Below are positions 35,924 through 47,400 of a stretch of DNA of 64,000 nt, in pieces. The notes under the pieces were generated by a model. That model did no database searches. It was not told the origin of the DNA and was given only the letters and a program-made list of their open reading frames with translations. Position 1 is the first letter of the stretch; the number at the start of each line of letters is the position of its first letter. A program made the translations under genes and the position numbers. Source of the stretch: a virus; IMG/VR virus record IMGVR_UViG_3300030419_003599, positions 1 to 64,000 of that record. One strand, written 5' to 3'.

Positions 35924-37531
35924 ATGCCTGTAGTATTTTCACCCGGCGAAGTTGAAGTTAGACCTTTACGGCCCGATGAAACAATCTATACTACCGCCCA
36001 GCGTGTTGCTGATTTACTTGAGATAGGCAAGCCCGAAGCAGTGGCTATTAGCGCCGCTTCTGTATCTGATGGCGTTTATGTAACCGGTGCTGATTATCGT
36101 AGCCACGGTTTTTCGGTAGGAGATAGCATCCTCATTTACAGTGACGCTGCACCTCTTGGTGTAACTAAAACAATAACTGCTATCTCAGACGGAGGTTCTA
36201 GTGGAGTTAAATTAGTATTCACTGGCGCTTTCACTCATGCTAATTTTGATTATGCTAATGATAACACCTTTGTGCAAAACCAAGCATCTTTCACTGACCG
36301 TACAGGTAGTGGTGTGACTAAGGCTAAAGTGGATAGACTCATCTTGCGCGCTCAAGACATCATTGATAACAAGACTCATAATGCTTGGAGACCTTATTTG
36401 GTCGTCTCTGAATACCTTAATTTTGATACCTATAAGCCGTATAGACGCAGATATTATACTGATTATGTAGGTACTGCTCCCCTCTTATTCCGTAATGTAC
36501 AACAGATGCTACGATTAGAATTGTGGCAAGGAGACGATTACAGAGAAGTTGGGTCAGCAGAAGCCCGTATAACAATAGGTGACCATGCCGCTTTAGGTAG
36601 TGATGGTGTGTATTTATGCCCCGGTGGTGGAGGTGTTTTCAGTCTAACTGTAGGTACAACTACTAGTACATGGAATAATGCCTTTGATAAAATGAGCGCA
36701 GTCCAACAATTGGCTGATTTGATTAACAAAGACTCAAGAAAGGGCAAGACCGCTGTAGCGGCTAGTCCCTCTTTTACAATGGAGGACGCCTCTCAGTCAG
36801 ATGGGACTCGTACTGTTTATGTAAATGACGAGTTCCTCGCTAGCGCCAATTCTGATTATGGGAGAGGTGTTGTAAAAATCACTAGCATGAGAGATGGCGC
36901 TGCAGGGGAGACCTGTTCCATAGCGACTAGTGACCTCACCAATATAGAAATCAGCCAAACTACTACACAAACTACTACAAGTACAAGTGTGTCTTCTACT
37001 ACAGTCAATGTGGCTAGCACAGCAGGTTTTGCGTCATATGGATTAATTATGGTTGGTTCTGGCACTAGTGTAGAGGTTTTATCCTATACTGGGAAAACTG
37101 CTACATCTTTTACTGGATGCGCAAATGTAGTAGGCAGTCCGCTAACTACACTCAACTCAAGTGGTACAACTGCCTTCCAATATCTTATGTCTATAGATTT
37201 CCAAGGCGGGAGTGCTGTTGGAGACAAAGCCCGATTACGAGATTGGTGGATTGATACAGAGATGGGTATCATTTATTTCAACAATTCATACCCCTTCTTT
37301 GAGTGGAATGCAATAAAAGCATCTTATATCTATGGGGAGAGATATGTTGAGAAAGCAATTGAAGATGTTTGTACTAAGATGGTAGCCATTGAATTACTGA
37401 TGAGTGATGACCGTTCAGTATTAATTCCAGAAGGTACTCAAAATGTGGATTTGACTTCCAAGATTCAATTATGGCAAAAGGATATTGATACCACATTACC
37501 GAGATATCGTGAAGTGGTGGTGTTTGAGTAA
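35924..37531 (+). CDS. Putative head-tail adaptor/neck protein with inserted beta domains
   Basis: Position; YTTAQRVADLL, LILRAQDIIDNKT and SYIYG...IEDVCTKMVAIELL are adaptor-like segments. Confidence 0.6.
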   Translation: MPVVFSPGEVEVRPLRPDETIYTTAQRVADLLEIGKPEAVAISAASVSDGVYVTGADYRSHGFSVGDSILIYSDAAPLGVTKTITAISDGGSSGVKLVFTGAFTHANFDYANDNTFVQNQASFTDRTGSGVTKAKVDRLILRAQDIIDNKTHNAWRPYLVVSEYLNFDTYKPYRRRYYTDYVGTAPLLFRNVQQMLRLELWQGDDYREVGSAEARITIGDHAALGSDGVYLCPGGGGVFSLTVGTTTSTWNNAFDKMSAVQQLADLINKDSRKGKTAVAASPSFTMEDASQSDGTRTVYVNDEFLASANSDYGRGVVKITSMRDGAAGETCSIATSDLTNIEISQTTTQTTTSTSVSSTTVNVASTAGFASYGLIMVGSGTSVEVLSYTGKTATSFTGCANVVGSPLTTLNSSGTTAFQYLMSIDFQGGSAVGDKARLRDWWIDTEMGIIYFNNSYPFFEWNAIKASYIYGERYVEKAIEDVCTKMVAIELLMSDDRSVLIPEGTQNVDLTSKIQLWQKDIDTTLPRYREVVVFE

Positions 37532-37929
37532 TGGTTCGTATTGGTTTCAGAAACTTCAAACTTGACCCAAAGTTCAATCCTGAAGATTGGGAAGAAGACA
37601 TGATAAGGCTTGACCCTCAATCTAAAATGGCTGTCACTGACCTCCGCGAAACAATGGATATTACCTTCAATCCTAAAGACATGGGAGAACTCTTAACAAA
37701 AATGCAGAATGAACCTCTTGAATTACGCGAACGATTTATGCGCATTGAAGCAGAGGCAGAGGGTTTTGAGTCTGACGGGAAAGGAGGATATACAGACAAT
37801 GGTAAAAAAATGACTCCTGCTCAGGAAAAACGCTTTCAAAGAAAAATAGACCGTCTAATGGTTTTGCGCAATCCCCATCTAAGTGACTTCCCTTCATATA
37901 TACAAAAAGTACTAAGGGAGCGTGCTTAA
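37531..37929 (+). CDS. Hypothetical protein
   Basis: Coupled ORF in the neck region. Confidence 0.65.
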   Translation: MVRIGFRNFKLDPKFNPEDWEEDMIRLDPQSKMAVTDLRETMDITFNPKDMGELLTKMQNEPLELRERFMRIEAEAEGFESDGKGGYTDNGKKMTPAQEKRFQRKIDRLMVLRNPHLSDFPSYIQKVLRERA

Positions 37930-38380
37930 AATGACAGCGACATGGAAAGAGACAATCCCCTTACTGACAGATTTACTAGAAGATGGTTGGAATAGAGCCA
38001 ATACAGACAACATCAAACCAGTCATCCAAGATATATCCGAAACATCACCTGAAAAAGGTAAGCGTTTGGATTTGCGTAGGCATGATTATGTTCTCATTTA
38101 TGAGACTGCTCACAACGAAGAAGCGCCTGAATTATTCTATGATTTCGTGACAACTAGGGTCAATTTGACTGTAGATATGCGTACCGATAAAGGCAGAAGC
38201 CGCCTCTATAAAATGGAGAACGAACTCAGGCGAGTTGTACATACTAATCGTAAGGGAGATGGCACTAATTTTGACCGCCTTTTATTCAAAGTACGGACAG
38301 ATTTGAGTGATAGAACCAAACATTTGCACCGTTTCACTTTCCAAATTGAGGTTATTACCTTTGCGGAGTTGATTCCATGA
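37922..38380 (+). CDS. Putative tail completion/terminator protein
   Basis: ~150 aa just before the major tail protein, with a beta-strand-rich C-terminus. Confidence 0.5.
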   Translation: MLKMTATWKETIPLLTDLLEDGWNRANTDNIKPVIQDISETSPEKGKRLDLRRHDYVLIYETAHNEEAPELFYDFVTTRVNLTVDMRTDKGRSRLYKMENELRRVVHTNRKGDGTNFDRLLFKVRTDLSDRTKHLHRFTFQIEVITFAELIP

Positions 38381-38427
38381 TAATCGCTACCTTTACAGGC
38401 TGGGCGGGAATGGGAGTGTGAGAGCGC

Positions 38428-40968
38428 ATGCCATCTACAGTGTATAAGGGAGACCTCGCAGAGGTCACATTAGGTCATGAAAGTGGTTTATATTTAGAGC
38501 ATGGAGCATGGGGAACCCTTACTTTCACGGTGTCAGCAGGAACTGGAGATTCTTCTATTTTGACTTTTTCTGGAACAAGTAGTCACGCTGCTAGTTATCT
38601 TTTTGACAGTAGTCACAGATTAAAGTATCCTACTAATATGCTTGTAGGAGCCCGTCTTATTGTAAAAGGTGGCGGAAATTATGGAGATGATGATTTTGAA
38701 TCTACAGGCAGAGAATACACAATTATCGCTAACAGTCTTACTACAATTACTGTGTCCCCTGCTATGAAAACAAGTGCAACTACAGCATCTACCGCAGGCG
38801 ATGTTCTTATTATCCCATCTTTTGGTGTGCCTTCTCCAGATGTAACTAATACTGATTATACAGCAGGAACAACTGCAAAGTTGGCTAAAGAATCATTACT
38901 TACAGACCAATTCATTGGAATCGCTGCTACAGTAGCACTACCTGAGACTAAGGTAGATTTGAAGCGTTACCATGTAGTTGGTGTCGGTAGAGATGTCGTA
39001 GTGCAGGCTCCGGGCAAGTTCACCAACGAAGGAGGCTCTATGGAACTCATGATGAATAATGCCCGATGGCTTCATTATTGTTTAGGGAAAACAGTATCAA
39101 GACCTAACCATAAAGCAGATTTTTATAATTGTGTAGATAAAATTGGAACAGCACTTGATGCGGGTCAAAATTATATTGATTTAACTACAACAACTAATAT
39201 TAAAACTTCGGCGGGTAATGACCTTGCAGTAGGTCATTATGTGTATATTAGAGATAATAATGCAGGTGGGTCTGGTGGCAATTTGTTACCAGTACATCAA
39301 CACCGAGAAGATGATTTATCTGTCGCAGGCACAGTAAGTAGCACACCTACATATTTTGGTTATACAGGAACAGAGGCGGGGAGTGATAATGGAGTAAGCC
39401 ATGATGCTCCTCATTTTAATGCTACTGGGCGCAGTGAGTTAAGGAGAATAGTAGCAATTGATACTGATAATCATAGGATTTATTTAGACTCCCCTCTTTC
39501 TTTTTCACATGCCGCTTCTGCTACTGGAGTAACAAATGATGGAGGAGATGCAGCATCGGTTGGCACAGTAGATATGGACACTGGTGGTACAGATGCTACA
39601 CTAAGTTTTTCACCCGGTGATGAAATATTTAATGCAGATGGAAGTTTGCTTGGTATCGCTAATACTGTTGTTGCTGCTGATATACAATTTCATGCAGATG
39701 ATGGTGGTTTGAGAATTGCTGTTGCTAATACTGATGTATTACATTCTTCAAGTCTCAATTTCCTTGAGTTTAATTCTACTGTAAGTCCATCAAGCCACAC
39801 TGCTACTGCTATGAAGTTTGCAGCATCCTATACAGCGTCTCATGCAAGTGCTATGAATGTTGATACTACACTGCCCGGCACATTTTTGACTATTGGTACA
39901 TCTCTTTTTAATAGTGCAGGAGTATTATTAGGAGAAGTGACCGCATTTGATGGTGTTAGTGGCACAAACACAGTCACAATTGGTGGGGGCTTAAAGGTAG
40001 ATGTAGCCAATAACGATGATATATATTGGATGGCTAGCCCACATATTAGTTCTGACGGGCACCTTTCTGACCCAGTAGAGCATTTAATTTTCAGTCAAGA
40101 TACTATCCCTTCATTTTCATTAGAAACCTCTATGCGTACCCGTAATGTAGGAGCGTATAATCAAGAAGATGCTACTAATGCACCGGGAAGCGCTACTGAT
40201 GCTAAAATATTAACTAGAGTATTCCGTGGTTGTAAAGTGAAGGATTGGTCGCTTTCCGCTGATACTGATGCGGCTCTAAAATTAGGAGTTAATTTTGATG
40301 CAGCACTATGTTATACTGATACCGGGCGATTAGAAGCAACAGCAGCAAATCGTGGCGACCGATTACAAGCACATAGAATGTTTGAAAATACCGCTAATAC
40401 ATTAGAAGCGCGCAAAGAATCTGGTATTGCTCAATATGGGCAAAAGCCATATTTCTTTTACAATGGCACACTTACTGTTGGTGGAGTAGCAATAGCACAA
40501 GTAACTAACTTTACTCTAAGCGGAAGCACTGGTGTAACTTATCATCACACAATACGCGGGACGCCCGCAGCGACTACTACAGGCTTGACAGGAGCAGCAG
40601 GGCATGTATTATCCACAGACCAAGTACCATTTGGTGGTAGTCGCAATGCTTCCTTTGCAGTTGAAGGGAAACAAACTTTTGACTTGAGTATGGAAGTCAT
40701 TGTAGATGACCCAATCTTTTGGCATCACATGAGAACTACAACTGAGTTTAATAATGTGCATGGGGCTAATGCGGATGGTATAGTATTGAAATTACAAAAA
40801 CAAGGGGCAGGGGCAGTACGAGAGCGTATGACAATAGTAATAGATGATTTCTTTATTACAGAAGCACCTTTACCAATTCCAGAAGATAAAGGAGTAGTTC
40901 GCAGTAGTCTTAAAATTGCCCCAAAACATGTACGCGTATTAGCCACTGATGCAATATATGACTATTGA
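38428..40968 (+). CDS. Putative major tail (tube) protein with accessory insertions
   Basis: Position before chaperone and tape measure; tube-like segments PSFSLETS...RVFRGCKVKDWSLS and VTNFTLSG. Confidence 0.65.
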   Translation: MPSTVYKGDLAEVTLGHESGLYLEHGAWGTLTFTVSAGTGDSSILTFSGTSSHAASYLFDSSHRLKYPTNMLVGARLIVKGGGNYGDDDFESTGREYTIIANSLTTITVSPAMKTSATTASTAGDVLIIPSFGVPSPDVTNTDYTAGTTAKLAKESLLTDQFIGIAATVALPETKVDLKRYHVVGVGRDVVVQAPGKFTNEGGSMELMMNNARWLHYCLGKTVSRPNHKADFYNCVDKIGTALDAGQNYIDLTTTTNIKTSAGNDLAVGHYVYIRDNNAGGSGGNLLPVHQHREDDLSVAGTVSSTPTYFGYTGTEAGSDNGVSHDAPHFNATGRSELRRIVAIDTDNHRIYLDSPLSFSHAASATGVTNDGGDAASVGTVDMDTGGTDATLSFSPGDEIFNADGSLLGIANTVVAADIQFHADDGGLRIAVANTDVLHSSSLNFLEFNSTVSPSSHTATAMKFAASYTASHASAMNVDTTLPGTFLTIGTSLFNSAGVLLGEVTAFDGVSGTNTVTIGGGLKVDVANNDDIYWMASPHISSDGHLSDPVEHLIFSQDTIPSFSLETSMRTRNVGAYNQEDATNAPGSATDAKILTRVFRGCKVKDWSLSADTDAALKLGVNFDAALCYTDTGRLEATAANRGDRLQAHRMFENTANTLEARKESGIAQYGQKPYFFYNGTLTVGGVAIAQVTNFTLSGSTGVTYHHTIRGTPAATTTGLTGAAGHVLSTDQVPFGGSRNASFAVEGKQTFDLSMEVIVDDPIFWHHMRTTTEFNNVHGANADGIVLKLQKQGAGAVRERMTIVIDDFFITEAPLPIPEDKGVVRSSLKIAPKHVRVLATDAIYDY

Positions 40969-40977
40969 GGTGAAAGA

Positions 40978-41406
40978 ATGCCTAGAACCTACATGAATCC
41001 TAGTGCTGCTCGTAAAATACAAAAGCAAGTTGAACCCAAGTGGGTAGAAACTGCCAAAGAGGTTCTTGACGAAAAAAGCACCGAAGTATTTGACCCTGAA
41101 GCAGGTAAGGTAACTGATGACCCTTTTAACAATGAACTTACTTCTGATGGTTATGATGACATGACTGTAGCACAACTCAAGGAGATTCTTCAAGAAGAAG
41201 GGCTCTCCACTAAAGGCAAGAAAGCGGACCTCATAGCCCGTCTTCGTATGCCTGTATCCGATTCCACCGAAGCCCCCGCAGAAGCGGCTGTTGAGGAGGA
41301 GCAGGTAGCCCCCGTTGAAGAAACGGCTGTTGCCGATGAAAACCCCGAGGAGGGGAATGTAAGTGAGTCAGAGGAGAGTAGCGAACAAGAGCCAGTTATT
41401 GAATAG
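40978..41406 (+). CDS. SAP-domain protein
   Basis: YDDMTVAQLKEILQEEGLSTKGKKADLIARL is a canonical SAP motif. Confidence 0.85.
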   Translation: MPRTYMNPSAARKIQKQVEPKWVETAKEVLDEKSTEVFDPEAGKVTDDPFNNELTSDGYDDMTVAQLKEILQEEGLSTKGKKADLIARLRMPVSDSTEAPAEAAVEEEQVAPVEETAVADENPEEGNVSESEESSEQEPVIE

Positions 41407-41743
41407 CCAGAATGTGCAAAAGCATGAAGTCCAAGTGGACCCGAACGATTCGGAAGTCATAATGGAAGTCTGGGTTAAGGAATTAACCTTTCTTGATATC
41501 CAGCGTGCAGCCCAAGAGATGATTATCATCCAAGAAGGGGGTGACCTCGGATTTTCATTAGAAGGCTATTGGAGGCACGCTTTCAGTCATTGGGTCACTA
41601 GAACAAACCCTGAACTTAGCGCTAATGAACTCCTTGAACTCAGTGGATATGCCGGTGATAAGTTAGCCGCTATTCTTCCTCAACCCAATGACCTTGTTGA
41701 GGCCATGCAGGGGGGGTTTCACAATCCCACAGAGACCGAGTAA
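41363..41743 (+). CDS. Tail assembly chaperone (lambda gpG-like)
   Basis: Lies between tail tube and tape measure; ends just after a G7 run. Confidence 0.7.
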   Translation: MSQRRVANKSQLLNSQNVQKHEVQVDPNDSEVIMEVWVKELTFLDIQRAAQEMIIIQEGGDLGFSLEGYWRHAFSHWVTRTNPELSANELLELSGYAGDKLAAILPQPNDLVEAMQGGFHNPTETE

Positions 41744-42015
41744 AGAGGTTTCTGTCGCAAAAGAAAATCAAGGAGGCTAATGATTATCAACTGCAGATTG
41801 AATCTTGGGTCTATACAATCGCTTCACATTTCTCAATTTCACCTGTTGAGGTTTGGGATATGCCTCAAGATATATTCCAGAGGACTTTAGGTTGGGTATT
41901 GGCAGTACAAGAAGAACGCGAACGGATGCGCAAAGAACAAACAAAGGGAGCACAGAGTAATACAGAGACTGTAAGCGTTGATTATACAGCATTTTTTAAC
42001 GATGAGGGGATTTGA
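41701..42015 (+). CDS. -1 frame extension of the tail chaperone (gpGT-like; not in ORF track)
   Basis: Stop-free -1 frame (…SHRDRVKRFLSQ…YTIASHFSISPVEVWDMP…DEGI*) with no early ATG; slippery G-GGG-GGG at 41710-41716. Confidence 0.75.
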   Translation, partial: GHAGGVSQSHRDRVKRFLSQKKIKEANDYQLQIESWVYTIASHFSISPVEVWDMPQDIFQRTLGWVLAVQEERERMRKEQTKGAQSNTETVSVDYTAFFNDEGI

Positions 42016-43223
42016 TGGTTTCAGTAGCAGGGGCACAAGCAATTTCTTCTGCATTCCAAATGGCCGCTGATGGGGCCAAGAAGATAGTAGATTGGGTTAA
42101 GCAAATTTGGCAGACAATTAAGGATGCTGCTTCAGATGCTTGGGCTTGGATTCAAGAAAAAGCCTCTGATGCTTACGACTTCATAGACGAAAACTTACTC
42201 ACCCCACTGGGTGAGTTTTGGGGTGACCTCCAAGAGACAGCGGGAGTGGTTGTAGATACTATCCAAGAGAAATGGGGTGAATTGAAAACTTGGTTAGATG
42301 AAAATATATTCACCCCTTTGAGTGATTTTTGGGGTAATTTCAAAGAAGGAGCAGTAGAAAAATTAGATGCTGTTAAAGAATGGTGGGCTAATTTCAAAAG
42401 TTACATAGATGATAATATCTTAACTCCTTTGAAAGACTTTTGGGGCGATTTGGAAGAAGCGGCAGTAGAAAAATTAGACGCTGTTAAAGAATGGTGGGCT
42501 GATTTCATAGAATGGATTGACGAAAAAGTATATACTCCTTTGAGTGATTTTTGGAATAATCTCAAAGATACAGTAACGGATAAATTAGACGCCATTAAAG
42601 AACAGTGGACCTCATTCAAAGATTCTACATTAGAGAGACTACAACCAATCAAAGATTGGTGGACTGGCTTCCAAGATGGAGTGATAGAAAAATGGGACGC
42701 TATCAAGGAAAGGGGTGCAGGGATAGTTGACGGCTTAAAGGAAAAATGGCAAGGGCTCAAAGACTGGTGGAACCAGTTTAAGGATAATCTTACAGAAAAA
42801 TGGGATGAGGTCGCATCAATTCTTGGTAATGCTCTCAAGCCTGCTATAGATGGATTGAAAAGGATATGGAATATGATTGTGAATGCTATCAGTGAAAAAG
42901 GTTTTACTATACCCGGTGTTGAAGCGCTTGATATTGGTCCATGGGAGATATATACCCCTAATTTAGAGGATTGGTTAGTCCCATTGGCTAAAGGTGGTAT
43001 TGTCACTAGCCCGACAGCGGCATTAATTGGTGAAGCGGGAGCAGAAGCAGTAGTACCACTTGATAAAGCGGGTAGTATAGGTGGCACATACAATATGACA
43101 TTCAATCTAAGCGGTCTTACTGACCGCTCGGACAAACGCCAATTTGCCGAAGAAATAAGTAGGCTGATTCAGCAGGAAATGAGAAGAACCGTGGGCTCAG
43201 GGACAACAAGGGGTAGGTACTGA
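42012..43223 (+). CDS. Tape measure protein (short; likely start ATG 42015)
   Basis: Trp-periodic ~11-residue helical repeats; C-terminal LAKGGIVTSPTAALIGEAGAEAVVPL motif. Confidence 0.8.
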   Translation: MMVSVAGAQAISSAFQMAADGAKKIVDWVKQIWQTIKDAASDAWAWIQEKASDAYDFIDENLLTPLGEFWGDLQETAGVVVDTIQEKWGELKTWLDENIFTPLSDFWGNFKEGAVEKLDAVKEWWANFKSYIDDNILTPLKDFWGDLEEAAVEKLDAVKEWWADFIEWIDEKVYTPLSDFWNNLKDTVTDKLDAIKEQWTSFKDSTLERLQPIKDWWTGFQDGVIEKWDAIKERGAGIVDGLKEKWQGLKDWWNQFKDNLTEKWDEVASILGNALKPAIDGLKRIWNMIVNAISEKGFTIPGVEALDIGPWEIYTPNLEDWLVPLAKGGIVTSPTAALIGEAGAEAVVPLDKAGSIGGTYNMTFNLSGLTDRSDKRQFAEEISRLIQQEMRRTVGSGTTRGRY

Positions 43224-44416
43224 TGGGGGTTCCAATTCGTTTAATTCGCACAGACGGAGAGAAGATTCCTCTGATGGCAGAAAGCATCACAATGACAGTA
43301 GATAGGTCAGTGGGCTCTATGCCTCTTCCATTCTCAGGTAGTCAGCGTGTGGGTTTGGATTTCAATAGGGCTAAAGCGGCTATAGTTATTACAGGTGTAC
43401 TTACTGATGACGGAAGAGACAAGACACAAACAAGTTCAGCAAGTTTTTGCTTTATTGATTTCGCGAAGACTAAGTTTAACAGGACTTGGTATAGCGCAGC
43501 CTCTTTGGTATTAAATGCAGTTCCTATTTACAATAAAGATATCATAATACTTGATGCACTGGGGAATGAGCATACTTTTCGGCTCACTAATCAAGCCGCT
43601 CTTGCTACAAGTGCTTCAGATATTGCTTCAACGGGGCCGGGTAATACGATAGTGTCTGTCCCAATCGGTAATGCTGCTTCTGCTGCTAATGTGGCCAGCG
43701 CTCTAGTATTAGGCATTAATAGCCTTTCTCATCCTAGTGGTGTCAGTGCTGGTAGTCAGCCGGGTTTTTGGTTCAACGCATCAGCGGAAGCATCTGAAAG
43801 AGACCGTACTCAAGGTAATTGTAAAGTGAAAATTAAACAATCTACTCACGGCCCTCATGGGGGCAACGGTCCGACTTTTCGGGGATGGGGAGGTAGTTGG
43901 TTTGTTGCGACAGCAAGCCATCGTTCTGCTTTTGATACGCCTGCTTATACGGTATGGGAAAAAGGTACGGTCGCAGTTGGTCCTAAATCTGCTGGTGATA
44001 AAGCAATGGACCTTTACGGTTCTCTCAATAATATGAATAACAGTAGTGCTGAATGGAAGGAAAATTTACTGCCCGGTGATTGGTTTGATACATATCAAGA
44101 AAATGTAGATGATGATGACGCTGGGACTGGAGATTATATCATTGGTATCCAGATTCCATATAATTCAATGGTTAAAGGTTCAAACGGAGATTATGTGCAA
44201 CGCAATTTTTTCATGCCCACAGGGAAAAATAAGACTAAAAATAATAAGGGTTCAGAATCCAATAATTCGCCGGTAGATGTAGATTTCCGCCCATGGAACT
44301 TTGGTGGTACTAAAGGCATTAAAGGCACAGTCCAACAATTTGTTATCACTTATGATGCGGGCGAAACTGTCTATAATTATCAATTGACATTCTTGCCTGT
44401 TGATATAATTATTTGA
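43223..44416 (+). CDS. Putative distal tail/baseplate protein
   Basis: Directly follows the tape measure gene. Confidence 0.5.
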   Translation: MGVPIRLIRTDGEKIPLMAESITMTVDRSVGSMPLPFSGSQRVGLDFNRAKAAIVITGVLTDDGRDKTQTSSASFCFIDFAKTKFNRTWYSAASLVLNAVPIYNKDIIILDALGNEHTFRLTNQAALATSASDIASTGPGNTIVSVPIGNAASAANVASALVLGINSLSHPSGVSAGSQPGFWFNASAEASERDRTQGNCKVKIKQSTHGPHGGNGPTFRGWGGSWFVATASHRSAFDTPAYTVWEKGTVAVGPKSAGDKAMDLYGSLNNMNNSSAEWKENLLPGDWFDTYQENVDDDDAGTGDYIIGIQIPYNSMVKGSNGDYVQRNFFMPTGKNKTKNNKGSESNNSPVDVDFRPWNFGGTKGIKGTVQQFVITYDAGETVYNYQLTFLPVDIII

Positions 44417-47400
44417 GGTGTTACAAATTGACAGTAGTTGGTAGAAGCAGTCATGCGCTTTTACTCAATGGAGTTAGCGATGGTGTAGTTGTGCCATTAG
44501 CCGATTTTACTGGTTCAGATTTGAAATTGCGCGAAGCCTCTTCTTCCTTACCTACTCTAGGTTCTCCGGTACACGGAGTTAAGACTAGTAGCCATAACTC
44601 CCTTAAGACTCTAACAATAGAAGCATGGGTTCGCCCTGATTGTGGAGGAGTTGTAGTTTCTAAAGCGGAAACATTTGAATTAAAAGTGGGGCAAGTGGGG
44701 GAGCCGGGGCCAGCGGTATTTACATTATTTATGAGTAATACAGAAGGCCCGCAAATTATAGAATTAAGCACAGCATACCTAGATGCAACTCCACGATGGG
44801 TAGGAACTACATACCCTCGCCACGGGTCAGATTTACACGCTTCGTATAATAGTAATATTTCCGGTGTTAATGATGCTACTTCTCTCAATTTTTCTCATAG
44901 AGAATTATTGCATATAGTAGCCACCCTTCGTGGTAATATAATATCCTTATTCATTAATGGTTCTTTAGCGGTCCAAGAAGTATTACCGGAAAGCGGTTAC
45001 CGAGTAAAAATGAGCCCCGGTGATTTTGAAATCGGCGGCACAGGCGGTGAGTTCAGAGGGGCTATTGAAGCGATACATATCGCTAATTCTTTCAATTCCC
45101 AAATGTTAGTAGGACATGGGCCGATACCACTCCCTACTACACTAGGATTATGGAGATTTGAAGAACCGGCAGATGTCCATCCTACCATTTATCAAAGCGG
45201 GACTTTTAGTGCAGGTCCTAGTGTCAAGACAATTACAATAACCGCTGCTAGCGCTCAATCTATTATTGAAGCAATAACTGGAAATACTTACAATTCTGCT
45301 AGCCCGTCTGTAGATTTAACGGCTTCTCCCTATTCTAATGGTAATTACAAGGTAGTAGATTATGTTTCTAGCCCCGGCACTGGGAATACTATCGCTATAC
45401 CCCATACTCCGTATAACATTATGTTCAATGCGGATGCAGTTAATCCTCTTACTAAGAAGCCTAACCAAAAGCCACCTGAACGCCTGCGCTTACTATCAGT
45501 AAATGGGGCAACAGGAGTGCTTGGGGTAGAGAGCATCCATCTTGATTTCACAATAGCGGGGGCGAGAAGAGGAGTACTTTGTGATAGAACTACCAATGTA
45601 GATGACCACTTTGTCCTTTTATCTGGAGATTTGTTGTTAGACTCAGGGACAGGTAAGCCGTATCAACCTCCTCATTATGCTTCACAAGCCATTGACCGTA
45701 CTGGACAAATGGTAATTGATGAAAGTGGTAACGATATGCATGGGCTCATCTATGCGTCTAGTATGGCTACTACAGCCAATACGACCGACAATCCGTTTGC
45801 AGCAGTATGGCCTGCTGCTCTTGATACCGGTTTCCAGATAGGGCATACTGGTCGCCACGCTCTTTCTGCGGTAGATGGGCACCATTACTTACGGCAACTC
45901 CCTCTTGCTAACGAAGAAATTGTACATCAAAGTATTGACGGAACCGCTGATATTACTGAAATATATTATGATTCTAATTATAGAAATCTCAAAGACTCTT
46001 TACCTCCTAATAGTAGAGTAGATATTTTCCGTGATACTCTTAAATCCCAAGTCATGTATGTTCGCAATGAAGGCATAGCATTCCAAATGGTAGAAAACGG
46101 GATGGCAGGTATTGATGATGCTCAGCGTAAAATGTTGGCAATAGGAGGCTCTGGTACCCAAAACCATGCTACTACCAATGTATTTGATTACCAACCATTT
46201 CTACTCAAAAATCCGCTAGAAGGAGGGGTGAGCAATGATGATACTGCATTTAGGCGACATCATCTCCGACCAATTGAAACTAGCCGCGTAGCAATTCTTA
46301 GTGTACCTACACTAGGTACTACTCATAATCTCGCTCCTTTTGTAGAAATACACTATAATGCAGTAGATGTAACCGGCGCTAGTGCTGGTCTCACAGTAGG
46401 TAATGTAGTTAGTGTAAGCATCACTAGTGGGGGAAGTGGTTATTCGGCAGGCACTGCCGCTACTACAGGTGGCACAGGCACAGGCTGCACAGTGACTTAT
46501 ACTGTTTCAGCAGGGGCAATTAATGCTGTCACGGCTATTGCCACTAAAGGGACTGATTATACTGTCGGAGATATATTGACTGTATCTGGTGGAGGGGGGA
46601 ATGCCACCTTAACTGTCACTTCAGTAGGCGGTCCTTGTTTAATGGTAGAGAAAACCGTTCCTTCTGGCGAAGTTGTATTATCTACAGGGCCGACTGTTAG
46701 AGTATTAGATGTAATAGCGGCTGACCTCGCCGATGCAGCCAAAGATACTACTCTTTATTCTCCCGGGGGCATTATCCGTCTTGACACAACTGAGGCCACT
46801 GGTAACTTCCCTGCTGGTGTTACTCTGGAAACTCTATTTGCAGCAGACCCTCATGAGGGTATTGACCATGAGGATATTTTAGATGAAAGTCTCAGTCCGG
46901 CTAACTATACCCCGCTACACTCAAGCGATTTACCTAATGCCAATCCTACATCTGTTGATGCTGAGCATTCCCTTACCCAACAAGATGCTGTATTCAACCG
47001 ATTAGTAATGAATAATAATAACGAAGACCTCATTGACCAATTAACTATTACTGATAATTATTTCAAACGCAACCCGAGCACAGTTAATTCGGGCGTAGGC
47101 GCATACGATATTGGTAATGTTTCAGAATCTACTCATTTATTTGAGTCATATGATATCATCGGCGCTTTCGCAGACAAAGGTAAACGGAAAGGGATTACCT
47201 TCCTTATCCATCCTACTAATAGAAGTAGAACAAATCAATTGAGTAAAGTGGCTTCAACTACTACTCATGCCCAAGAAACTAATACTGTTTCAGTACAATA
47301 TCTAATGAGTCGCGCTCGCGCCCAATCTTTTTCCGATACAGATGGAGATGAAAGGCAATTCACACTAACTTGTGTGGGTCTTATGGGAGATGTCGCATCC

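Noticed and set aside
38428-40968. Contractile tail sheath
   Set aside because: The size fits, but no sheath motifs or separate tube gene follow; the extra length is explained by inserted modules, and the chaperone-frameshift-TMP order fits a tube protein.
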